64,000 bases of DNA from assembly GCA_951406725.2 (NCBI GenBank), contig OX597828.1:22940001-23004000 (forward strand), read 5' to 3'. Under the pieces are notes generated by a model. The model was given only the letters and a program-made list of their open reading frames with translations. It was not told the origin of the DNA and ran no database searches. Each line of letters starts with the position of its first letter. Position 1 is the stretch's first letter. The DNA is from Octopus vulgaris. Lineage: Eukaryota. Shown piece after piece: positions 27,588 to 41,850 of this stretch. A program made the translations under genes and the position numbers.

Positions 27588-28349
27588 GAATGTGTGTGTG
27601 TGTGTAGATAAATAGACATACGGACCGACACATAGCTTCAAAGGAAGGTAGTTAAATGGCAATTATAGTAAATAAATATATAGGTAGTTAAGTAGACAGG
27701 TAGGTATAGGTAGGTAGACAGACAAGTTCGGTTTCAAGAATGGGAAGCCATGAATATCAGTAGACGATGAGATAAACATACCATAGATATATGTTGATAA
27801 CATAGTTTATTTAACACACACACAGAGAGACAACATAAGTATTTACATGCACACATGCATTATTTTTATTATATACATGAACGTATGAGTATTTTCTTTT
27901 GTGTGTTAGCTTTCATTTTTGTTTATATAGTTACGTACTTCTACTGCACCTGTTCAGAAACATAGGTATGGATTAAGGTAATTTCTTCAAGTATATGTGC
28001 AAGCATTTCTTATTGTTTTTGCTTTGGGGAAAGGGGTTGTCTTTTGTTAGTCGTATTTCCTCATTCATGTGCGGACTTCTTTACTTTCAAGAATTTTAAG
28101 TAAATAATAACCTTGACTTAGATATCTCGCCTACGCGAGATTTGAGCTGGCAAACTGTTATCCCGAGCACCATGTTATTTCAAAACTCACTTTTAGAGAC
28201 TGATGTTTATGTGAGAGACTGACGGTTTCATCATAGACGAAAAGGAACTCAATCTATGTGACAAGGCATTCCATACGTACCTTATTATTGGAACGTATTT
28301 ATTATTTCATTTAAAGTATATACTTAATTTGTTTTTGAATGCAACGCGA

Positions 28350-28510
28350 TGGCAAAACACTAACGTGTCGGATAACGTACTTAGTGACATTTTTCTCTAG
28401 TTCTTTAAGTTGTGAGTTCAAATTCGCTGAATTCAACTTTGTCTATTATCCCATCTCGGTCGATAAAACAGAGCACTAGTTAAGTAATGTCGTTGATGCA
28501 ATCGAGAAAA
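28350..28510 (+). mobile_element. Diverged SINE family A copy
   Basis: 'tggcaaaacactaacg..gagttcaaattcgctgaattcaactttg..ggtcgataaa'. Confidence 0.7.
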
Positions 28511-28647
28511 TCCCGTGATCTTGGTCATGCTATGGGGACCGCAGAAGTGGTCTTATAAATCCCATAAAAGCATTGTCTTTTAAGGCAGATTTATTCGCGG
28601 AACTGACACTTTTTCGATTCACGAACCATCTATGCAACACACCCAGG

Positions 28648-28900
28648 TGTCACGTTGTGTTCTTGAGCAAGACATTGTATTTCCCGTTGCTCCAGGTCAC
28701 TTAGCTAGCAAAAATGAGGCGTGCCTGTATTTCAAAGAATAGGCTGTATCTCCCTGAGAACCCGATTGAGCTGAGAACCGCGTTTAAGTGTATGCTTTTC
28801 TGTGGAGTGCTCAGCTAGTTGCACGTTAACTCCACGAACAGACAACTCCGTTGATAGGATCAACTGGAACCCCTGTCTTAGTAACCGATGGAGTTCCAGT
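28648..28900 (+). mobile_element. SINE family D (CORE-like central block)
   Basis: 'gttgtgttcttgagcaagacattgtatttc' resembles the CORE-SINE domain; tail 'gatcaactggaaccc..gtaaccgatggagt'. Confidence 0.8.
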
Positions 28901-29395
28901 TTTTACATAACCCACCGAAATCAGAAATTGATCGAATCTATTTAATCGTTGAAGTGTCGACAAATACTGGCCTAATCCGTCAGCTTTGAAGTTGGACCGT
29001 CGTAACAATAGCACAAAGAGTCAGAAAGGCTAAACAATATACTAAAAAACAGTATCTAGAACGATCAAATCATTTTGACTGCTCAAACATTGTTAACATA
29101 GGAGTTACACCGACAAAATTTGAATACGATATTTTGTAGAAAAGAGAGTGGAGGTGGTCATTTTATTGTTACAAAATATTAATAAAATGAATGGTGTTGC
29201 TTTTTATATCTTTCTTATTTAATTTCTTTATTAGTTTTTCTTTTTTTTTTTCATTTTTTCTTTTTTTTATTAAAATTCTGCCACTAAGGTTTGCTTATTA
29301 TATTCTTGACCAAATCACGACAAATTGAAAAACATTTCATTTCACGAATGACCGAGATATTAACATTATCATATTTCACTTTTAACACGCCATTG

Positions 29396-29430
<35 letters not shown>

Positions 29431-29893
29431 TTCATCATCGTTGTCATCATCATCGCCCACCACCGTTACCATTCATGTCATCGTCATCATTATCTTCATC
29501 AATAGCAGTACCACCACCTGTATCGTCACCTTTACCATCATTGTCGCTGTCACCCTCATCTCCTTCCTTCCGCCCCCCCCCCCCCTCCTCCGCCTCATCA
29601 TCATCAACACTATCGTCCGCGTAATCTTTATGATCATTTTTCTTCGTTCTCGTTAATCAGCGAAATCACATTAAATTACTAAATGAAATAAAATCAGAAA
29701 TAAAATCGAAACAATAAGAGGACACGTAGGCCATATTTAAACACTTAAACAATAAATAGGATTTATCACAAACGATTCATCATTACTTCTTGTGTGCCCT
29801 TTGTTTGATGTTCGTGCCTTTTATGAACAAACGCTAGTTCGCGTATTCATGTCGCTACCGAGGGACGACAACATCCGTATCGAAATGCACCAC

Positions 29894-30107
29894 TGTCCTA
29901 TTATAAGGAAGATAAGTGTCCTATTATAAGGTGTCCTATTATAGGGTGTCCTATTATGAAGTGTCCTATTATAAGGTGTCCTATTACATTATATTATTAT
30001 AAGATGTCCTATTATAAGGTGTCCTATATTATATTATAAGGTGTCCTACATTATATTATAAAATGTCCTATTATAAGGTGTCCTATTGTGACAGTCCTAT
30101 AATAAGG
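29894..30107. repeat. 15-bp minisatellite (tgtcctattataagg), about 12 units
   Basis: Direct reading; some units interrupted by attat expansions. Confidence 0.93.
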
Positions 30108-30160
30108 AAGATAAGAATACCGTAGTGTGCCACAGTGTCACACTACGGTATTCTTATCTT
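30108..30160. repeat. Perfect 22-bp inverted repeat with 9-nt loop
   Basis: aagataagaataccgtagtgtg-ccacagtgt-cacactacggtattcttatctt. Confidence 0.95.
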
Positions 30161-30719
30161 TCATCTGAGATCATGTTTTGTTTTATCTTTTCTTTCAGTC
30201 ATTAGACTGCAGCCATGCTGGGGCACCACGTTGGTGTAGGAACACCACGTTGACGCTTGGGCACCACATCATACGCTGTTAATTTAAAACAAACTAAATT
30301 GATTTGATATCGGTTGAATCAAGGGCAATATCTCTTGATACACTGAGATATGTACCAGTTAGGTTTAGATGTAATTTGAACACATGACGTTACTGGTCAA
30401 ATCTGTATAAATCATGAAGTGCCTTTGCTACCAAACATTTACTCGGGGCCCAAAATATAATGGTTTATATCTTTTTTTTAAAAATGGTGTAGTGTAGATC
30501 TGTCCTTCAAAAATACCAGTAGCTGAACAGCGTTCTTATATAAATTGGCCAAGAGCAAAATGTGTGGCAGCTATTTAATAACTGGACCTAGTAGCAAAAT
30601 CAGTTATTCTCCGCACGGTTTGCTAGGTAAGCATTTCATAATGTTAAGCGGAATATCTATATTTCTGTGCACTTTCTGAATAAATAAGAATTAATGAGGT
30701 CAAAAGTAGGCACAACTAC

Positions 30720-31290
30720 AGCAGCTTTTGGGTAAAAGATTTGGAGTATTACAGAGTGAGCAACAGGTACATATTTTATCAACTCAAAAATAATGAAAAC
30801 CAAAGGTAACTTTGGCAAGATTTGAAATCAGAACGCAAAGAGCCGATAGAATTGTTGCTGAACAATTTTTCCGACGCCTAACGATTGTCCCTTCTTGCCG
30901 TCTTCATATACACTAATAAATAATTATTTCTACTATAGTACAAGACATAGATTCTTTTAGGAGATGCGTATAGTTGATTAGACCACCTCAGTGCTCAACT
31001 GGTACTTATTACATAGATTCCAAAAAGATGAAAGACAAAGTCGACCTCAGCGGAATTTGAACGCAGAGGAAGTGCTGCTGACGATTGTGTCCAGCGTGCC
31101 AGCTAGCACCTTAATACCGTAAGAGAAAATGCTTTAACTTTTGACACAAGGCTAGCAATATTTGGGAGATGGATCTAAGTTGATTAGATCGTCCCCAGTG
31201 ATTAACTTGTACTTTATTTCTCAATCCCAAAAGACGGACGAAACGCTGTTAAGTATCTTGTCCAGGGGGGTAATGATTAGGCCAGCTTGC
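30720..31290 (-). mobile_element. Three head-to-tail diverged SINE family A copies
   Basis: 'caaagtcgacctcagcggaatttgaac', 'ggtacttatt' and 'tttgaaatcagaacg' blocks repeated about every 200 bp. Confidence 0.8.
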
Positions 31291-31396
31291 TGACATTTTA
31301 TAGTAAGAAATAATATATCAATAGACAAATTATTTCTAAATCCTCAACGAGAGACATTGAGAAACAGTACTCTAAAGTATAGATTATTTGCCAACA

Positions 31397-31618
31397 TAAT
31401 GTGGCAGTCCTGATTAGGACGAATGCTACTGATATTTAGCCACAGGAACATCGCCCCCAGTTGGCTATACGACACATTATCTGTGTCCTTATATCTTCGA
31501 ATGAGGCACAGCTGTTTTCGAAAAAATAAGGACACAGCGTGACGTATAGCCAGCTGGAGACGATGTTTCCTGGAGCTAAGTAACAGTAGCATTCGTCCTA
31601 ACTAAGGCTGCAACAATA
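31397..31618. mobile_element. Fold-back (MITE-like) palindrome, arms about 100 bp, loop about 15 nt
   Basis: 'ttaggacgaatgctactg..ggctatacg..ctgtgtccttat' mirrored by 'ataaggacacag..cgtatagcc..cagtagcattcgtcctaa'. Confidence 0.8.
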
Positions 31619-32464
31619 AATAATATATCCTTAATGTTGTAAAAAATTCCACGAGCTGACAGAATTACTAATATTATAAATGTATAAAGAACCTGCAGTT
31701 TTTCTCTTCCTTCATGAACGATTGTATACACAAGTTGTTCTTGCGAAATATAGCCAAAGAAGGAGGGCTGAAATATGATCAAGTAATTTCGTTATTGATA
31801 TGCGCTTATTTCTATCGAAATCGAACACATAAGTAGATTAATATCATTGATCAATATTTGTTCTGGTTTATAATGCAACGTTTAATTGATAGCAATACAT
31901 GCTACTACGAGTGTAAAACCATATTTCGAAAATGTCCCTCCTCTGGGAACCTTAAATCAACACTGACAGCAAAATTTTACCCTACAGACTAGTCTTTTAT
32001 ATCGAAATCAAAGCAGGCGACATTTAATAATACTGTAAGTCATTTTGCTTTTGTTTGTTTGTCTTAACATAAATAGGTTTTACAACGTCGTTTTACAGAT
32101 TTATTTCGCGAAATATTCAAACACACGACTTTCATTGGAAATATAACCGCTGGCCATTACACGCCCGTTTTTGAGTGCATATTTTATTTCTAGTCTGCTG
32201 GGTACATAATTGACAATAAATGATAATGAGGCTGTGATGTTAGCTGTTCACTCGATGTATCTAATCCCAGAGGATAATTGGCAATTTAACTCCGCACCTT
32301 GATGCACTCTGCGATAGATGTGGTGTACACTGTGTACTCGGCACTAACCGCCTAACATATATGTACAGCGGACTTATTAGTGTAAAGCCTTTAAATGCAT
32401 TAAACTAAGAACTTTTGTTGTTTCATATTATGTCGCTCAGTAATCATATACAAATAAATATTTA

Positions 32465-32990
32465 CAATTTTGGAATCTTGCCAGCAGTTTTGAGGGGAGG
32501 GTGAAGATTGATTACATCTATCCGGATCTTGACTGGCTACTTCACCCAGAGAGAATGAATGTGCCTCCGGTGGAATTTGAACTCAGAAAGTAAGGAATGC
32601 GGGAAAACTTTTTGCCCAACACGTTAACGATCTACCAGCTCACCACCTTATAGGCTATGAATAAAATTAGTACAATATCGTTTCGAGTAAAGGCACATGG
32701 GAGAAAGGTGTTAGTCAATTGCATCGATCCCATTACTTAGCTGGTATTTCTTCGAACCGAAAGAATGAAAAGAAGAGTATACCTCGGCGCAATATGAACT
32801 CAGAACGTAAAGACGAACTAAAAGACTCTCAGCATTTTGTCTGGCTTACTTACGTTAGCACTTAATTTTAAGAGCCCCGAAAGGGAAAATGCAAAGTAGA
32901 TCTAGTTAGAATTTCGACTTAGAATGTGATGAATCAGAATGAATAACATTTCTTCGAAGGGTTGAACCATTCTGTCAATTCGACCGTCAA
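32465..32990 (-). mobile_element. Three head-to-tail diverged SINE family A copies
   Basis: 'ggtggaatttgaactcagaa', 'acctcggcgcaatatgaactcagaacgtaaagacg', 'ccccgaaagggaaaatgcaaagtaga'. Confidence 0.78.
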
Positions 32991-33024
32991 GGCGATTTTA
33001 AAAAGATACGTGATGCATCGTTTA

Positions 33025-33081
33025 GTGTTCTGAAGAGAGCGTGATATTATACTGGTTGGCTCGAAATGACATCTATCACAC
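33025..33081 (+). ncRNA. Hammerhead-like motif with canonical core
   Basis: gtgtt-CTGAAGA-GAGC(18 nt)GCTC-GAAA-tgacatctATC-acac. Confidence 0.5.
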
Positions 33082-33760
33082 AGCTGTGTTTAGTATATTC
33101 TCAAAATCCTGTTCGTAAACTAACACTCGTAACAGATGCTTCAATCTTATCGCTGCTGCCATTTTCATTCCACCATAACGACCATTGCCACGGCATTAAC
33201 TATAACTAATACCGTCCCTGCCGTTCTCGTTATGCCCACCGCTCCTGCTCTTGTTATATGGTCTCCTAAACCGTTTCAGATGAAATTTAGTAAATAAAGA
33301 ACAGTTTTCAATAGAACAATATCATGAAAGGAAAATGGTAAATGTTAAAAGAATATTGAATGCAACGAGGATATGATGTCACAAAGACAAGAAAAACCGA
33401 CAACAAAAACGAATAAATGGCTTTATAAAAGCTGCAACAACAGCGACAGATCTATTAACAATTACAGTATGAGTGTAAAAGACGATGGAAAATGGTCCAT
33501 ATGCATGGAATTATTGATTCTAGATTACAACATTGGCTTCATTAGCGAAGAATTCACAGAAATGTAACACCAATAGAAAACGTAGAAATGTATGGGTGTT
33601 CTACACACACACAGAGGCATACATATATAAATGCATATACGCATAGATACAGACACATACGCGTGTGTACACAGACACACACATATATACATATAAACAC
33701 ATATGCACATACACAAACCAAATAGGTGTATACATGTATATATGCATAACGTTATCTATT

Positions 33761-33805
<45 letters not shown>

Positions 33806-34204
33806 TTATATACATACATATATATATATATGTGTGTGTGTGTGTGTATGTATATACGCCCGTGTGTGAGTGATGTGAGTGTGCGTGTGTGTGTGTGTAT
33901 GTGTGTGTGTGTGTTATCGTAGAACATTTGCAGCTGTGGAGTAGGAAAGACTTACGTACATTTCATGAATTACTCAATCTATTTATGTAGAGAGTTGATA
34001 TATAAAAATCGCTAAATCAGAATTACCAAACGGGGGCCTTCATCCATTTCCACCGTAAATCTTATCCTTGAAGGTCATTTAGGCAGTCTTGCCAGGGATC
34101 CTAATGTCCTTAGACATTAAAATATACATCAGATCCAGTTTTCAATAAACAATGGAATACAACATTTATTAAGCGGAAAAGATCCAAAGTGGTACTTCGT
34201 TGTT

Positions 34205-34465
34205 TACGGCGATAATGGGTTCCAGTTTAGCAGGCCTGTGGGTCGGATTGAACGTGCTGAGTGCTCCACAGTCACGCTTACCCCCAAGGTAGTTCTCAAG
34301 GAGATTCAGTGTGCCACAGAATGTAACAAGTATGACTGTTTCAAATACATATACAACTCATATCTTGTGAGCTGAGTTGACTGGAGCAACGTGAAATAAG
34401 ATATCCTGCCCAATGACACAACGCGTCACCGGCAATCGGTCTCTTGACCTTACAATAGTGAGCCG
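34205..34465 (-). mobile_element. SINE family D copy
   Basis: 'gtagttctcaaggagattcag..gctgagttgactggagcaacgtgaaataag' is the reverse complement of the 28648-28900 body. Confidence 0.8.
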
Positions 34466-34601
34466 AAAGAATACAAACTTTACCTATTAAACATAATTAT
34501 ATCTAGAATGTAAGAGTATAAAGGTACATAATCTTCAATCAGAGAAGCTGACATGGACGAGATAATGGTGCGTACCACACTACACAGCATAAAAACGTAT
34601 A

Positions 34602-34825
34602 TATTTCTTTACTACCCACAAGGGGCTACACACAGAGGGGACAAACAAGGACAGACAAACGGATTAAGTCGACCCCAGTGCGTAACTAGTACTTACTTTA
34701 TCGACCCCGAAAGGATGAAAGGCAAAGTCGACCTCGGCGGAATTTGAACTCAGAACGTAACGGCAAACGAAATACAGCTACGTATTTTGCCCGGTGTGCT
34801 AACGTTTCTGCCAGCTCGCCGCCTT
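34602..34825 (-). mobile_element. Young monomeric SINE family A with 16-bp TSD
   Basis: Closely matches unit 1 of the 10891 element; flanks agcataaaaacgtata (34586-34601) and agcataaaagtgtata (34826-34841). Confidence 0.93.
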
Positions 34826-35064
34826 AGCATAAAAGTGTATAGCTTCAAGAAAGCATGCGAGCTGGGCTTGCGTTATTGTTCAGAAGAGACAGTGTATGGG
34901 GGTTATCTTTAGAAAAGAAGTCGTGTGTTACTGTACGGAATCGGTCACATAATTTGAAATCATTCAGGCATATTATATGTCGTATTTCGAACAAATCTGC
35001 AGGCGAAGAGTAAGTAACAATGCATAGTTATACATATATAAATATAGATACCTTTACAAGTGTG

Positions 35065-35100
<36 letters not shown>

Positions 35101-35155
35101 GTTTGTTATGATGGATCAATAAACACACATAAAACATCCAAGGGTATATTTTTTG

Positions 35156-35239
35156 CCCCCTGAAGATATAATTCTCAGGTAATATAAATTGATTATTAAC
35201 TTAATATTTACTGAGCATCAATTGAAACAGCTGTAAGGG
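35156..35239 (+). ncRNA. Type-I hammerhead-like motif with extended stem II (Penelope-like terminus)
   Basis: cccc-CTGAAGA-..ctcaggtaatat..atatttactgag..-GAAAC-AGCT-GTA-aggg, followed by aataaa. Confidence 0.6.
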
Positions 35240-36037
35240 ATTATGATTAATTTGCTGGTAATAATAAATAATTTCCATTTTCTTTTTCTTCTTATATGTA
35301 TATATATGTATGCTTATAAGTCTTTACCGTATAATGGGTATAGAAAATAGTCTAATATAGAGGCATATAAGCCCTCGAAGTAAAAATGAATATTAGTAGC
35401 CATACGTCTATATCCAATATACCTTTACCGTTGCGGTGCGCATTTACATATATGCATAGATAGATATACGCACAGACACTCGCATACGCACACAAGCACA
35501 CACACACACATATATATATATTGTTGTGCGCATACACGGGGCGTTCTATTATATATTCCAATAGGAGTGGATGAGATTGCGTTCGTATACAGGCACCAAA
35601 ACAAATACTTGTTAAAACTTTAGTCAAAATTAACAACGTTTTAATAACTAACGATATTACGGCAGAGTAGTATAATGATAAGTGACAGTAATACCAACGT
35701 TTGGAAAAGTGAGGTGGGGGGAATCTTTCTCAATGAAGTTATAGAAACATATTTGTCCTGTGAAATTCGTCACCACTGTTAACAGAATTTGCATACGAGA
35801 CGGTTATATGCCAGTAACACGTTGGTAAGGTGTGAAAGTTATAATCGTGATCTCTATATTTACTGATACATCCAACAATGAAAATGGATTCGTTTAGTAG
35901 TGAAAATGATAAATAGCACAAATGGACTAAGGAATAGTCATCTAATGTACCCTAAAGACAATGAAGAAATGTAGGCGTGAATTTGGATCTGCAACCGCGA
36001 ATATAAATCTAAGTATTTGTAAGTTTATATATACACT

Positions 36038-36415
36038 TTACTCTTTTACTTGTTTCAGTCATTTGACTGCGGCCATGCTGGAGCACCGCCTTTAGTCGAG
36101 CAAATCGACCCCGGGACTTATTCTTTGTACGCCCAGTACTTATTCTATCAGTCTCTTTTGCCGAACCGCTAATTGACGGGGACGTAAACACACCAGCATC
36201 GGTTGACAAGCAATGCTAGGGGGACAAACACACGCACACACACACACACATATGTATATATATACATATATACGACAGGCTTCTTTCAGTTTCCGTCTAC
36301 CAAATCCACTCACAAGGCATTGGTCGGCCCGGGGCTATAGCAGAAGACACTTGCCCAAGATACCACGCAGTGGGACTGAACCCGGAACCATGTGGTTGGT
36401 TAGCAAGCTACTTAC

Positions 36416-36420
<5 letters not shown>
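36038..36420 (-). mobile_element. Young SINE family B copy (tRNA-like head, CORE-like block, internal microsatellite)
   Basis: Near-identical to 59601-60008; on the minus strand 'ggttcagtcccactgcgtgg..tcttgggcaagtgtcttc'; (GTAAAAGA)n tail. Confidence 0.93.
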
Positions 36421-36488
<68 letters not shown>

Positions 36489-36800
36489 GAAAGAGACAAT
36501 CAGCATACTTTGTAGGAGTTATATCACAACACATCTTAAAAAGATGAAGTGAGAGAGAACCAGCCACAGGGGGGAAACAAAAGATTCTGGGCAGCACTAT
36601 TGTCACTGAGAGAGGACATTGACTGAAATCTACAGCAGGTCTGACCCCCACCCTCCCAATACTAATTGTGAGTAGAAGGAGGTTTTGCATAGAGACAGAT
36701 GAGTGTATGTACAAATCTCATGATTAGTGACATAAACTATTTTCTGAGCCGCATTGTTTCAGGGATTATATACATACATACATACATACATACGTAAATA

Positions 36801-36883
<83 letters not shown>

Positions 36884-36888
36884 TACTC

Positions 36889-36919
<31 letters not shown>

Positions 36920-37058
36920 TATATATACGCACACAGAATGACAGATTGTCAGATAGTTATAGCTTATAACTTATCCAAAGAATTTTTATATTCAGATAAA
37001 ACAAATGTGTGTGCCCACGTGAGGGAGAGTAAGAGAAAGACAGTGAGAGAAAGAGAGA

Positions 37059-37100
<42 letters not shown>

Positions 37101-37309
37101 GAAAGAGAGATGAACAACTAAGGTGGTAATACAGAGAAATAGAAAGCTTGCAAGACATAGAGACAGAAATAGAGGAGCAAAAATTTTTTGAATAGAGGTT
37201 GGTTCACAGATGCGAGAAAAGATGACATTTCAAATGGCGCCCAAAGGACATCTTATTGCTAACCTGCGATACTTTTTTTCCCTTTTTTTAACTAACAAGC
37301 TCACGACGA

Positions 37310-38460
<1,151 letters not shown>

Positions 38461-38643
38461 TGTCAATGACATTGCCGAGTCGTCGATGTTTGTTTTCAAA
38501 CTAAACCACAGGAATTGGCCCTTCGTAACAAAAAGCAGCATTCTAATTTCCTGTTTGTCTTCCTGGTCTCACTCCTACTATCTCTTTCATTTGTACTCTC
38601 TCTCTCTCTCTCTCTCTTTCTCCCCATCTTTCTCTCTACCTCT

Positions 38644-38691
<48 letters not shown>

Positions 38692-39057
38692 ATGATGATG
38701 ATAATAAAAATATTACTACCACAACTAATCCTTCTACCGCTACTAGAACTAGAATTACTCGCGCTAACACACAGACAGTCAAGTAAATAGACACACAGAG
38801 AAAGCCACAATTACAGACATACGGATACCCACACAGGCACACGCAAGCTCAATCGAATACAGACAATTAAGCAAAAATGAATAAACATACAACAAGAGCA
38901 ATGTACACAAACACACACACACACATCTACCCAAACACACACGCGGTCACGGTTTTGCTTCTTATCGGTCTATTTCTAGTTTTATATATCTATGTATCTA
39001 TCTACCTATGCATGTATATATATGTATGCATCTGTCTGTGTCTATCTCTCTATCTTT

Positions 39058-39340
<283 letters not shown>

Positions 39341-39820
39341 TCTAGCCACCTAGCTATTTTCTCTCATCTCATTATCCATATATCTATCGAGCTATCTATC
39401 TATGCATATATGTGATTCAATGTTCGTATATCTTCTGTCCATATGATTCAGTGTGATGAGAAAAAGTATGTATTTGTGTGCAATTCATCCCCAGTTCTGT
39501 TTCAGCTTACTATTTTACGCTCTATTTTTCAGATAATCTTTTTTCTCCCCTTATTGTCTTTCTCAGTGTCTTATCTACCTCTCTTCTACCTCTGCCAATC
39601 CTCCCCCTCTCTCTCTGTCTCTCTCTGTCTCTCTCAATCTCCCTCTCACATATGTACATGTATAACGGTTACACTTCTTTGAATCAATATTCTTGGCTTC
39701 CATTTTGTTTCATGAGGTTTCTTACAAAATGAAGCACTCGTATATTTATACTCTCTCTCTCTATTCGCACTCTTTTAATCTATATACATACGTACATACA
39801 TGAATACAGATATACTTAAG

Positions 39821-39885
<65 letters not shown>

Positions 39886-39904
39886 TTATATGTATAAATA
39901 TATG

Positions 39905-39975
<71 letters not shown>

Positions 39976-40109
39976 GTAGCTATATTCACAAACACACGCA
40001 CACAGGCACATACATACTAACACAAATCGCGCGGGAGGGCACACGCACGAGCAGATACATGCGTAGAATGAACTTTTAGTTCACATGTTATCGATCAGAC
40101 AGTGTTTGG

Positions 40110-40190
40110 TATAGGAGACACATGCCTAAGGTGGCCCACAGTGGTGCTGAACCCGAAGGCACGCAGTTGCTACGCGAATATATCAACAGT
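40110..40190 (-). mobile_element. SINE family B head fragment
   Basis: 'gacacatgcctaaggtggcccacagtggtgctgaacccg' vs family 'gacacttgcccaagatgccacgcagtgggactgaacccgg'. Confidence 0.65.
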
Positions 40191-41096
40191 CAACCTTACC
40201 AACGATTCTTTTGATTTATGCATGTGTGTGAGTGTGTGTGTATGTTTCGTGCGTGTACGTATGTGTATATGGGTATATATTCATATATATATATATAGAT
40301 ATGTGTGTGTGTGTTATGTGTGACTGAGTATGTAGTTTTATATGCGTGAATATATGTACATTCATACACACATACATGCACATATATGTATATATATATA
40401 GGAATATATATATATATATATATATATATGATGTGTGTGTGTGTGTGTGCGTGTGTAGGGGGTGTCTCTCTGTGTGTGGCGCCGTGTCTGTATTTATTTA
40501 TATATATATGTGTGTGTATGTGTGTATGTGCGTGTGTGGATAAATATGTGTGTATGTGTACATTTATACATATATATATATATATACCTTCATACATTCA
40601 TACACGCATGCATGCACATATATGTATATATATGTGCGTATATATATATATATATATGTATATGTATATGTAGATGTGTGCGCTTGTATGTATGAAGGCA
40701 TACTTGTTATGGTGTTTGTTCTTTCTTCGTTTCTTCTTTTCAAATATTTCTCGCCGAGAAGTTTTCGTTTCTCTGCATCCTTTCGTTTCTCTGTTTATTG
40801 TTTACCAATTACGTATCGCCTGTACACTTAGCTTCACATACGAACGCACGCACAATACACAGACAGAGACACGAACAAACACAAACATACAGGCACAATA
40901 CCTCACACACCCACATACACCCATACGTGCGTGTATCTTTGTGTATAACCACACATATATCTACATATATATGTAGATATATGTACGGACGTGCATAACA
41001 TTATATACGTGTATCAGTTAAGGTTTCTACGTAATTACGTGTAATTATCGTATACACAAAGACGACAATACACGTATAGACACACGCACATCTGTG

Positions 41097-41157
<61 letters not shown>

Positions 41158-41221
41158 CTGTGTTCGTGCGCGTGTGTGCTTCCTTATGTCTGTATGTAAC
41201 AATGTAGGTATATTTATGCAT

Positions 41222-41470
<249 letters not shown>

Positions 41471-41617
41471 CCGGTATGTTGGTATGCAAAAAGATGGATA
41501 CATATACACACGCATATAAGTATATGTATACATGTATATGCACGCACCCACATACACACACGTACGCATACACACGCACTTGTATACGTATAAATATATA
41601 TATATATATTTCTGTAC

Positions 41618-41692
<75 letters not shown>

Positions 41693-41697
<5 letters not shown>

Positions 41698-41722
41698 GTA
41701 CAGGTGTGTGTTTAAGTATATA

Positions 41723-41760
<38 letters not shown>

Positions 41761-41850
41761 GTACAGGTGTGTGTTTAAGTATATAAGTTTTCATATATAT
41801 ATATATATATATATTTGTGTACAGGTGTGTGTTTAAGTATATAAGTTTTC
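41693..41850. repeat. Three tandem copies of 'tttgtgtacaggtgtgtgtttaagtatataa(a/g)tttt' separated by (TA)n
   Basis: Copies start near 41693, 41756 and 41814. Confidence 0.92.
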
